Origin: Planctomycetota bacterium
GTDB taxonomy: Bacteria; Planctomycetota; UBA8742; UBA2392
DNA length: 64,000 nucleotides
Reading direction: 5' to 3'
Assembly: GCA_016722065.1 (NCBI GenBank)
Contig: JADKGX010000002.1
Coordinates: 202,256 to 266,255 of the forward strand
The position numbers and the translations under genes are program-made. Shown here in pieces: positions 47,397-59,200 of this stretch; position 1 is the first letter of the stretch; every line of letters starts with the position of its first letter. The notes under the pieces were generated by a model. It saw only the letters and a program-made list of their open reading frames with translations. It was not told the DNA's origin and searched no databases.

Positions 47397-49115
47397 CTAG
47401 TCCTTCTTTTCGCCCTTGGGCTTGTAGTTCGGGTTGGGCTTGAGGGTGTGGTTGACTTCCCAGGCTTCCTCAGAATCCACTTTGTATTCCGTCTGGTCTG
47501 TGATCAGCGCAAAATCTTCCATGGATGCCCAGTCCTCATCGCGCCAGGCGCGGCCGTCTGGAAAGGCCGCAAACTGCACCAGAAACGTCACGCCCCGCTG
47601 CGTAAGTGGCACAAGCACGGTTCCCTTTTCCTGCAGCACGGGGTTCTTGCAAAAGGCGTCGGTCGCGTATGGGCGCATTGTGCGGCCTTCCGCCTTCATG
47701 GTCACAAAGGCCATCACGTTCTTGCACAGTGCGCCGTCTGGCAGCTTGACGGTGCCAAACACAAACGGGATCTCAAACTTCAAGTGCGCGGTCTGGCTGG
47801 CTTCGCCCGTCACCTGGATTGTCCCCAGCAGCATCGTGCCGCGCCCGCCGTAGGCTTCATACAGCCCCTTGGGCAAGCCCATAAACTTCACCTTGCCGTT
47901 GTTATCGGTCACGCCCGAAGCCGTCAAACTGGCCTTGAGGGCTTCCGGTACGTCAATGTCTTTGGGCAGCAACTGCACATCCAGCTCGTTCATGGGCAGG
48001 TCCTGCTTGTGCGTGGTTACCTTTACCTCAAGCTCGTTAGTGCCCTTGTCGTACAGGCGCCAAACGATCTCGCGGCCCTGCAGTTCGCTGGCCTTGAGGT
48101 TGGGCAGAATTTTCATGACGGCATCCGACCCGGCGGGGCGAATCACGGCGGTGAAATCTTCTGGGTCCACAAGCCAGACCTGCACCTTGAACGTGCCAAC
48201 AGGCCAGAAAATCTCTTTGCCCTCGGGGGTGTATTCATCGGCGAATTCGCCGTCGGCCGAAGGGTTGCGCAGTTGGCGCAGATACTGGTTGGTGTACAGG
48301 TTCACGTTGGCGGCAATGCCCTGGCCGGTGCGGGCGTCAATGATCTTGCCGGTAATGGTGGGGCCTTTTTCGACTGTCAGGGGCAGTTCTTTGTCGGCAA
48401 AAATCTCCACTTGCTTGATCACACGGCTGTGGCCCACCCACTGGTCTTTGGTGCGGTCTGCCCAATAGGCCCAAAGCATGTAGTAGCCCGTGGGCACATG
48501 GAATTCGTAGTTGCCGTCTTCGTCGGTCATGGTGCCCAGCGGCTGGTCAAAGATCTGGCTGGTGCCGTCCTGGGCGACATCCAGCGGGGCCAGCATCACG
48601 TTGGCACGCACCGCCGGGGCGCCGCTGCCGCCAATGCGCACGTTGCCCTTCAGCGTTACGTTGCGCAGCGGGCGCACGCGAACTTCCCAGGATTCGGCCT
48701 TTTCAAACTTGAAGCGCGAAAGCGGAACGTTCGACCACCCGTCTGGAATCACGAAGTCGCCAAAGGCGAAGATGCGCAGTTCGGTCGGTTTCTCCTTCAA
48801 CTGGATGGTGAAGGCGCCTTTGGCATCCGTAACCAATTCGCGCGTGGGGTTGCTGCGGTCGGCCATTTTGGCCATGGCCAGCAACTTGAAGCCGGGTTGT
48901 GGCTTATCTGTGCCCAGCAGCAGCAGCGAGCAATCAATCTGGCCAATCGCTTTGTCGCCCGCGCCGAACTCAATGACACTGCCGGCCTTGGGTGCTTCCG
49001 CCGGCGGTGCCGTCTCGCCTGCCTGGGCCACGGCCGGCGAGGGCGAAAGCAGAATCAGCAGCGCAATCAAGCCCGCCAATGCGGCGCAAAGGATGCAAAA
49101 GTGGGTGCGGGGCAT
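47397..49115 (-). CDS. hypothetical secreted protein with several carboxypeptidase-regulatory-like (transthyretin-like) modules
   Basis: Start MPRTHF (cat 49113-49115), then a signal peptide. Repeated motifs include GNV.I...G.P...A.V.L, TDEDGNYEF.VP.G.Y and GKIIDARTGQGI. Confidence 0.7.
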   Translation of the reverse strand: MPRTHFCILCAALAGLIALLILLSPSPAVAQAGETAPPAEAPKAGSVIEFGAGDKAIGQIDCSLLLLGTDKPQPGFKLLAMAKMADRSNPTRELVTDAKGAFTIQLKEKPTELRIFAFGDFVIPDGWSNVPLSRFKFEKAESWEVRVRPLRNVTLKGNVRIGGSGAPAVRANVMLAPLDVAQDGTSQIFDQPLGTMTDEDGNYEFHVPTGYYMLWAYWADRTKDQWVGHSRVIKQVEIFADKELPLTVEKGPTITGKIIDARTGQGIAANVNLYTNQYLRQLRNPSADGEFADEYTPEGKEIFWPVGTFKVQVWLVDPEDFTAVIRPAGSDAVMKILPNLKASELQGREIVWRLYDKGTNELEVKVTTHKQDLPMNELDVQLLPKDIDVPEALKASLTASGVTDNNGKVKFMGLPKGLYEAYGGRGTMLLGTIQVTGEASQTAHLKFEIPFVFGTVKLPDGALCKNVMAFVTMKAEGRTMRPYATDAFCKNPVLQEKGTVLVPLTQRGVTFLVQFAAFPDGRAWRDEDWASMEDFALITDQTEYKVDSEEAWEVNHTLKPNPNYKPKGEKKD

Positions 49116-49192
49116 GGATTCTCCTGCCTTGAAAACGTTTGCCTGCCGGTGCCGGTTCATGCCATCTGGTCTGTCGCAGCAAACGCCACGAC

Positions 49193-50623
49193 TCAGCGGC
49201 GGGTGCCTTCCATGGCCGTCTTTTCAAAGGCCGCGTCGTAGGCCACGGGGTAATCACCCGTGAAACAGGCCGTGCAGTAGTTCTGGCCCTGGCCAACGGA
49301 TTTCAGCAGACCCTCCACAGACAGATAGGCCATGCTGTCGATGCCCAGGTATTCGCGAATCGCGTCGACACTGGCCAACTGGTTGGCAATCAGCTCTTTG
49401 GGGTCCGGAAAGTCGATGCCGTAGTAACAGGGGTGGCGCGTGGGCGGGCACGAGATGCGCAAGTGCACCTCCTTGGCCCCGGCGTCGTAAAGGCGCTTTA
49501 CGCGGCCCTTGCTGGTGGTTCCACGAATCACGCTGTCGTCCACCACTACCACGCGTTTGCCCCCCACCACGTCGCGCACGGCATTCAGCTTGATCTTGAC
49601 GCCAATATCGCGCTGGCCCTGGCTGGGGGCGATAAACGTGCGCCCCACGTAATGGTTGCGGATAAAGCCCTGTTCCAGCGGCAGGCCGGATTCTTCGGCA
49701 AAACCCTGCGCAGCGCTGGTGCCGCTGTCGGGCACGGGCACAACAATGTCGGCAATGGCCGGGGCCTCGATGGCCAGTTGCTTACCCATGGCCTTGCGCG
49801 AAAGGTGCACGTTGGTGCCAAAGACACGGCTGTCGGGGCGGGCGAAGTAAACGTGTTCAAACACGCAGTGCGACTTGCGCTGCACGGGGCACCAGCGTTC
49901 GCTGTGCAGGCCCTTGGCATCAATGCGAATCAGTTCGCCGGGTTCAACATCGCGAATGTACTTCACGCCCAGCATGTCAAAGGCGCAGGTTTCGCTGGCC
50001 AGCACATAGCTTTCGCCCAGCTTGCCAATGCACAGCGGGCGAAAGCCGTTGGGGTCACGCGTGGCATACAGGGCTTCGTTGGTCAGAAAGATAAAGCTGA
50101 AGGCGCCCTTCATGTGTTTCAGCGCCGAGGCAATCGGGCTTGGCGTGCTCTTGATTTCCGGGCGCGCCAGCAGGTGCAACACGACTTCGCTGTCGCTGGT
50201 GGTTTGAAAGATGCTGCCCTGGGCTTCCAGTTCGCGGCGCAGCGCCCAGCCGTTACTCAAGTTGCCGTTGTGGGCCACGCTGATCTGCCCGCCGCTGTAA
50301 TCCACCGTGATCGGCTGGGCATTGCGCACGTTGCTGCTGCCTGCCGTGCTGTAGCGCGTGTGCCCAAGCGATACATTGCTTTTGAACTTGCTGAAGAATT
50401 CATCCTTGAACACTTCGCCGACCAGGCCCATGCCCAGGTAACTCTTGATGCGATCACCCATGATGCAGGCAATGCCCGCGCTTTCCTGGCCGCGGTGCTG
50501 CAGGGCAAACAGACCGTAATAGGTCAACTCAACGGCGTCTTTGTGGTCAAACACGGCAAAAATGCCGCAGGCTTCGCGTGGGTGGTCGCTGGTTGGCTGG
50601 TTCAAGCTGGCCTCGCTGGTCAC
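49193..50623 (-). CDS. purF: amidophosphoribosyltransferase
   Basis: CGIFAVF...YGLFALQHRGQESAGI Ntn domain plus a PRT domain. The start is uncertain (GTG 50623 or TTG 50605, giving a short propeptide before the catalytic Cys). The longer track ORF upstream looks non-coding. Confidence 0.9.
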   Translation of the reverse strand: MTSEASLNQPTSDHPREACGIFAVFDHKDAVELTYYGLFALQHRGQESAGIACIMGDRIKSYLGMGLVGEVFKDEFFSKFKSNVSLGHTRYSTAGSSNVRNAQPITVDYSGGQISVAHNGNLSNGWALRRELEAQGSIFQTTSDSEVVLHLLARPEIKSTPSPIASALKHMKGAFSFIFLTNEALYATRDPNGFRPLCIGKLGESYVLASETCAFDMLGVKYIRDVEPGELIRIDAKGLHSERWCPVQRKSHCVFEHVYFARPDSRVFGTNVHLSRKAMGKQLAIEAPAIADIVVPVPDSGTSAAQGFAEESGLPLEQGFIRNHYVGRTFIAPSQGQRDIGVKIKLNAVRDVVGGKRVVVVDDSVIRGTTSKGRVKRLYDAGAKEVHLRISCPPTRHPCYYGIDFPDPKELIANQLASVDAIREYLGIDSMAYLSVEGLLKSVGQGQNYCTACFTGDYPVAYDAAFEKTAMEGTRR

Positions 50624-50769
50624 AGGCCCCGTTATAACAACGCAATCGCGCCGCGGAATCCGGTTGGCTGGGCAGAGTTGCCGCGCCGCTGCCCGGGCAC
50701 TCGCAATCGGACAACAGGGCAACGGCTGACATTGGGCAGACCTGCGCGGCCCTGCGGTGCTTCCGCCCC

Positions 50770-50797
50770 TTGAACCATAAGTAACTGTCCCTATAAT
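50770..50797 (+). promoter_or_regulatory. near-consensus sigma70 promoter TTGAAC-16nt-TATAAT upstream of nusA-infB
   Basis: TTGAAC at 50770-50775 and TATAAT at 50792-50797, about 138 nt upstream of the nusA ATG. Confidence 0.55.
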
Positions 50798-50822
50798 GCT
50801 TGCCTCGTTTTGGGTGTCACCC

Positions 50823-50854
50823 GGGGCGGCCTTGCGGCGCGCTCCTTTTCTTTT
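50823..50854 (+). terminator. intrinsic-terminator-like hairpin plus T-tract inside the nusA leader (candidate attenuator)
   Basis: GGGGCGGCC-ttgc-GGC(G)CGCTCC (9 bp including one G-U pair, and one bulge), followed by TTTTCTTTT (50846-50854). Confidence 0.45.
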
Positions 50855-50934
50855 GGTGTACAGCTTTGGCCAGACTGACGGGTAGTGGAAGAACGCGCAC
50901 ATCAGAAAAGAGTGCGCCAGAACAGGGACCAGCC

Positions 50935-52335
50935 ATGGTTGCAAGTGTGAACGGTGCGGAACTGATGCGCTTTGTCGAGATGATCTCGCGCGAGCGCGGT
51001 ATTGAAAAAGTCGAAGTCGTGGCCGCGATTGAACAGGCCATGATGGTGGCCCTGCGCAAACGCGTCGAAAACCCCGACACACTGACTGTTGTGGTGGACC
51101 CCAACAACGGCCAGATCACGGCCCAGGAAGTTGACCTGGAAGGCGTGACCCACGACGTACAACTGAGCGACATGGGCCGCATTGCGGCACAGACGTTCAA
51201 GCAGATCTTCGTGCAGAAGAACCGCGAAGCCGAACGCGACAATATCTTCGAAAAGTACATCGGCCTGCGCCGCGATATCCGCAGCGGCACGATCCAGCGC
51301 ATGGAAGGCCCGAACTATGTCGTCAACCTGGGCGACAGCGAAGCCTTCTTTCCGCGCAAGGAACAGGTGCCCACGGAAAGCTACAACGTGGGCGAACGCG
51401 TGCGCGGCCTGATTCTGGACGTGCGCAAGCAGGGCCAGAAGGTGAAGATCATTCTTTCGCGCACCCACCCCGAGTTCGTCAAGAAGCTGTTTGAACTGGA
51501 AGTGCCAGAGGTGGCCGAGCGCATCATTGAAATCAAGGCAATCGTGCGTGAGCCCGGCTATCGCTCCAAGGTGGCCGTGGCCAGCTACGACCCCAAGGTA
51601 GACGCCGTGGGCGCCTGCGTGGGTGTGCGTGGTTCGCGCATCAAGGGCATCATTGACGAGTTGAACAACGAAAAGATCGACATCATCCGCTGGAACGAAT
51701 CGGCCGAGGTGCTGATCACCAATGCACTGAAACCCGCCCGCGTTGATTCGATCACGCTGGATTACGACAACCGCCGCGCCCGCGTGGTGGTGCCCGATGA
51801 CCAGCTTTCACTCAGCATTGGCAAGCGCGGCCAGAACGTGCGCCTGGCGGCCCGCCTGTGCAAGTGGGACCTGGATATCGTGACCGTGACGCAGGAACAG
51901 GATTGGCGCAAGCGCACCCTGGCAAAGTTTCACGCCATTCCAGGTGTCGACGAACTGCTGTGCGAGGCCCTGTTCAACAGCGGCTTCGACAGCTTTGGCG
52001 ACATTCTGTCTGCAGGCCCTGAGGCGCTGCTTAAGGTTCCCGGCATCAGTATCGATTCGGCGGCGCAGATCATTCAGTACGTCACCGAACACCCGGAACC
52101 AGCAGAACAGATTGCCGACGTGGTGCACGCCGACGGTGCCCAGCGCCGCCCGGACAACACGTTTGTCGAGCCCGGCCACGAAGTATTCGAGGGCGAAGAA
52201 GCAGAGGCAGCAGCCGCTGCGGCCGCCCAGCCTTCGGTTCCGGCAGGTCCGGTGGACCCCTTTGCGCGCGCCGCAGAGTACGCAGCCCAGGCACCCAAGC
52301 GCGAAGTGGACGAGCGTGGAAGGCCGCGCCTCTAA
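50935..52335 (+). CDS. nusA: transcription termination/antitermination factor NusA
   Basis: N-terminal domain, S1, KH1 and KH2 (GACVGVRGSRIKGIIDEL, SLSIGKRGQNVRLAARL), C-terminal HhH-like region. ATG at 50935. Confidence 0.95.
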   Translation: MVASVNGAELMRFVEMISRERGIEKVEVVAAIEQAMMVALRKRVENPDTLTVVVDPNNGQITAQEVDLEGVTHDVQLSDMGRIAAQTFKQIFVQKNREAERDNIFEKYIGLRRDIRSGTIQRMEGPNYVVNLGDSEAFFPRKEQVPTESYNVGERVRGLILDVRKQGQKVKIILSRTHPEFVKKLFELEVPEVAERIIEIKAIVREPGYRSKVAVASYDPKVDAVGACVGVRGSRIKGIIDELNNEKIDIIRWNESAEVLITNALKPARVDSITLDYDNRRARVVVPDDQLSLSIGKRGQNVRLAARLCKWDLDIVTVTQEQDWRKRTLAKFHAIPGVDELLCEALFNSGFDSFGDILSAGPEALLKVPGISIDSAAQIIQYVTEHPEPAEQIADVVHADGAQRRPDNTFVEPGHEVFEGEEAEAAAAAAAQPSVPAGPVDPFARAAEYAAQAPKREVDERGRPRL

Positions 52336-52415
52336 CACACCTGCACGCAAAGTCGGCATCTGCCCCTTTGCGATGGAAATGTTAGAAGCCTTGGCCCGAA
52401 GGAAATGACAACCTG

Positions 52416-55235
<2,820 letters not shown>

Positions 55236-55274
55236 TGCCGCGCCCTGCCTGAGTTAGCCGCACGGAGACCCGAA

Positions 55275-55655
55275 GTGCCTGACACGAGCCATGCAATCCA
55301 GACCGTGATGTTCCTGGCCGAAGAAGCCCCCGCTGCCCAGCCATCCAGCCCCTTTGGCATGGAGATTTTCTTCCTGCTGGCGGTTGTGATGGTTGTGGTG
55401 ATGTTGTTCGGCCGCCGCAGCCAGAAGCGCCAGGCCCAGGAACACCAGAAGATGATTGAAAAGTTGACCACCGGCACCAAGGTCATGCTCAATAGCGGCA
55501 TGATCGCGCTGGTCGACAAAGTTGATGCCGCAAACCAGGAAGTGCGCCTGTTGATCGATGAAGACAAGAAGGTTCACGCCCGCTTCAACTGGGCGTCGAT
55601 CACCAAGGTGTTCAAGGAAGAAACCGCCAACGTGCCCGCCAAGGAAGGCGCTTGA
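55275..55655 (+). CDS. yajC: preprotein translocase subunit YajC
   Basis: A single TM followed by RRSQKRQAQEHQKMIEKL..G.KV....G....V matches the YajC pattern. GTG 55275 has GGAG 7 nt upstream. Confidence 0.8.
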   Translation: MPDTSHAIQTVMFLAEEAPAAQPSSPFGMEIFFLLAVVMVVVMLFGRRSQKRQAQEHQKMIEKLTTGTKVMLNSGMIALVDKVDAANQEVRLLIDEDKKVHARFNWASITKVFKEETANVPAKEGA

Positions 55656-56155
55656 TGGCAGCACCGCGCCATAACCGCGCCGTGATTGCCGCCATGCTGT
55701 TGGCGGCGCTGGCCTGTTATGCCAACGCGCCGCGCCTGGCCGCGACGCTGTTGATTGGCGACGCAACCAACTTTGTTTCGGTGCTGCACGCTGGCAGCCA
55801 TTCGCGGCTGAACGCCCAACTGGCCAGCCTGCCAGAAAGCAGCCCGCAAGCCTGTGCATTGCAAAGCCAACTGCAAGACGGTTCGCATTCGATTGCGGTG
55901 CTGGAGTCCCTGCCGCCGTTGCCCGGTGTGCTGGCCGCAGACTGGCTGCGCGCCAAGGTGGATGCCGCCCCTGGCACCCCGCCAAAGGCTGATTCTTGTG
56001 TATTGCCCTTGCCGCTGGTGGCCATTGCCGCTGGCAGCATTCACAGCGCCAGCCAACCCCCGCCGCCCTGGCCGGGGATTATGGCCTGCCACGTTGCCGC
56101 CCCCACCGGGGTTGCTCGTTCGGCGTTGGCACGGGGCCCCCCGGTTTGGGCCTAG
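55655..56155 (+). CDS. hypothetical small secreted/membrane protein between yajC and secDF
   Basis: The ATG overlaps the yajC stop (TGATG). Signal-like AVIAAMLLAALACYANA. Moderate GC3 bias. The coding status is not certain. Confidence 0.4.
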   Translation: MAAPRHNRAVIAAMLLAALACYANAPRLAATLLIGDATNFVSVLHAGSHSRLNAQLASLPESSPQACALQSQLQDGSHSIAVLESLPPLPGVLAADWLRAKVDAAPGTPPKADSCVLPLPLVAIAAGSIHSASQPPPPWPGIMACHVAAPTGVARSALARGPPVWA

Positions 56156-56233
56156 CCCGCCGTACTGACCTTCTTTTCTTCCATCGTTTCGTAGGCACGC
56201 CTGTCGCGTGCCGACACCACCAAGGATTGTTCC

Positions 56234-59200
56234 ATGTGGGATTTCATCAAGCGCTGGCACCCGGTCATTTTGCTGCTGCTGGGCATTTACCTGGCCGTGC
56301 CAAAGCCCGCGCCGAACCCGGCCGAAATTGACGACGAGTTTCTCAAGGAGTACGACAAGAACGGCGATGGCAGCGTCGACAAGACCGAGTTCACGGGCCT
56401 CGATTTTGCTGGCCGCGACAAGAACAACGACGACGTTCTCACCGTTGGCAGCATGTTCCGCTGGCCGCTGCACGACTTTCGCTGGAACCTGGGCCAGGAC
56501 CTCAAGGGCGGCAGCTCGCTGCGCTATGAGTTAATCCAGCAGGACATGGCCGACAGCGAAAAAGCCCTGCGTGACCTGTTTGCGCCCCTGGCCGACAACG
56601 CCGACAAACTCTCGCCCGAAGCCCGTGACAAATTCGAAACCGTCGTGCGCGGCGGTGAACTCAAGGTCGGCGCCTGGTCCTTGCGCGAACTCACCGATGA
56701 AAAGGACGACTTTGACCTGTTGATCACGACCAACGTGTTCGACGAAGGCCGCGCCGATGCCGCCCGCACCTATTACCGCAACTGGCAGGAAGCGCGCGTG
56801 CGCAAGGACGACAAGAACCTTGTCGGCCCCACGATTGAAACACTGAACCGCCGCCTGAATGCCACCGGCATCACGGAACTGAACATTTCTCCGCTGGGTG
56901 AAAACCGCGTGGAAGTGAAGCTTCCTAAATTCTCCAGCGTCGCGGAAACCCAGCGCTTCAAGGACCTGCTGACCAGCACCGGCAAGCTGGAAATGCGCGT
57001 GCTGGCCGCCGAAGACGGCGCCTTCAAGGACCTGCAGGTCAACGACCTGCCACGCGATGAAGGCTACAAGTACCGCTGGCTGGAACTGACCAGCGAAAAG
57101 GCCACTGGCTCGCGCCTGGCCAAAGACCTGGGCGGCAAGAAGTACGTGCCGGTCATGGTGCTGGACGAATACAACATCACCGGTAAAGACCTGTCCGACA
57201 TTCAGCCCTCCATGGACAACCAGGGCCAGATGGCAGTCAGTTTCTCGCTCAAGGGCCAGGCCGTAGCACGCTTTGAAAACCTGACTGGCACCCACCGCGA
57301 AGGCGGGGAAGACCCGCGCCTGCTGGCCGTGATCATCGACGACAAGGTGTATTCAGCCTACACCATCAAGGACAAAATCAGCGGCAACGTGCAGTTGTCG
57401 GGCCGGTTCACGGCCAAAGAGCGCGACGACATCATCAACGTGCTCAAATCCGGCTCCTTGAACGTCAAGTTGAAGCTGGAAGGCGAAGAAAGTGTCGGCC
57501 CCAGTGAAGGCGCTGAAGCCGTAAGCCAGGGCCGCCTTTCCCTGATTGTGGGCGCGGTGCTGGTGTTCCTGATCGCGCTGTTCATGTACCGCGGGCTGGG
57601 CGTCTTGACCGTGTTCAACCTGGTCATGGTGGTCGTGCTGGTCATGGGTGCCTTGAGTGCCGGCCTGGGTACGCTGACCATGCCCGGCATCGCCGGCATC
57701 GTGCTGACCATCGGCATGGCCATTGACAGCAACATTCTGATCAACGAGCGCATCCGAGAAGAATACATGCGCGGCATAGGCACCAAGGGCGCAGTAGAGG
57801 AAGGGTTCGCCAACGCCCTGTCGGCCATTGTGGACAGCAACATCACCACGCTGCTGACGGCGCTGATTCTGTTCAAGCTGGGCTCCGGCCCGATTCAGGG
57901 CTTCGCCCTCACGCTGGCCATCGGCATTGTGGCCACGCTGTACACGGCCTTGGCGGCCTACCGCACCATGATCAACGGTGTGTTGAAGTACAAGCCGGGC
58001 GTGGTGTTCAAGATGACCTACCTGAAGTTCGCTGAAAAGACGAACTTCAACTTCACGGGCTATCTGGTTCACGGTGTCATTGTCTCCAGCATTCTCGTCA
58101 TCATCGGCATCTCGGTTCTGTTCGTGCGCGGCAGCAGTGTGCTGGGCATGGAGTTCCGCGGCGGCCACACTTTCCGCATCCAGATGAAAGAAGCCCTGGA
58201 TCGCGAAGCCGTCGAAGCCCACTTTGTCGACGCAAGCGGCAAGCTGAAGTTCGAGGAACTCGACAAAGCCGACGTGCAGCCGGTGTACGGCCTGTCAGGC
58301 GCCAGCGATGACGGCAAGGCCATGCGCTATGACTTCCGTTTTCCCATGCGCACAGAATGGGAAGGCCGCGACCAGAACGACGTAAACCAGGAACTTCGCA
58401 AGTTACTCGAGCAAGCCTTTGCAGACACCATTGCCACGCAGGGCTGGAACGCCCGCACCGTGGACGTGCGTGAAGCCACCTTGCAGGCAAGGTTGCGCCT
58501 CAAGTTGAAGGACCCCGCCAAGTTCCGTGAGGCCCACGCCGAGGATTTCGAGAAGCTGTGGCTGATGCACGAGCGTTCCTGGCGCGGCGACCCCAACGCG
58601 CCCGCCACCAACAAGGACCGCTGGTTCGGAGACGTAGTGCGCGGCTCGCCTGCCGCCAAGGTTTCCGGCCTGTTTGAAGGTCTGTCTGCCGGCAAAGACG
58701 TGCAGACTTATGTGCTGCGCGTGGAGGGCGTGACCGCCACCGATGCCGCGCAGTTGGCCGGACTTGCGACCGCGCTGGAAGGCGCCATCAAGAAGTACTT
58801 CTGGGAGGCAAGCGAAAACGTGGTGCAGGAAGGCGCCACGGTCGTGGAAACACTTCCCACCAAGGCCCGCCTGTCGGTGGACCTGTCCTTTGTGGAACCG
58901 GTCAAGGTGGAGGACTTCAAGGCCTTGGCCAAGGACCTGCCGTCGGCAAGCCCGGTGCTGGGTGCAATCACGTTCACGCTGGATTCCCAGACGCGAACAA
59001 CCGACAAGGCTGCAGTCTCGACTGCCTTTACGCTTTCGACCTCGGAAATCACCTTCAGTGCGGACCCCACCAACGCCGCAAGCTACGACAACGTGTCCGG
59101 TGCCATCAGCACCGCAGTGACGGACTGGCTCAAGAACGCCGAGCCCAAGGGCAACGAGCTTTCCAACCCGTTCCTGCTGGCCAGCGCCATCGGAGCCACC

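Noticed and set aside
47352-50773. Plus-strand ORFs 47352..49241 (629 aa) and 49139..50773 (544 aa)
   Set aside because: They are antisense to the secreted-protein gene and to purF (clear Ntn/PRT motifs on the minus strand).
50824-50837. 14-nt identity gggcggccttgcgg shared with 59964..59977
   Set aside because: Both copies are halves of GC-rich terminator-type hairpins. A few exact 14-mers are expected by chance in 64 kb of GC-rich DNA, and nothing around them aligns.
50624-51082. 5' extension of the purF track ORF
   Set aside because: PurF must begin just before the catalytic Cys (CGIFAV), as in the processed-propeptide case known from B. subtilis. The upstream part is Arg/Pro/Ser-rich and overlaps the nusA promoter and leader.
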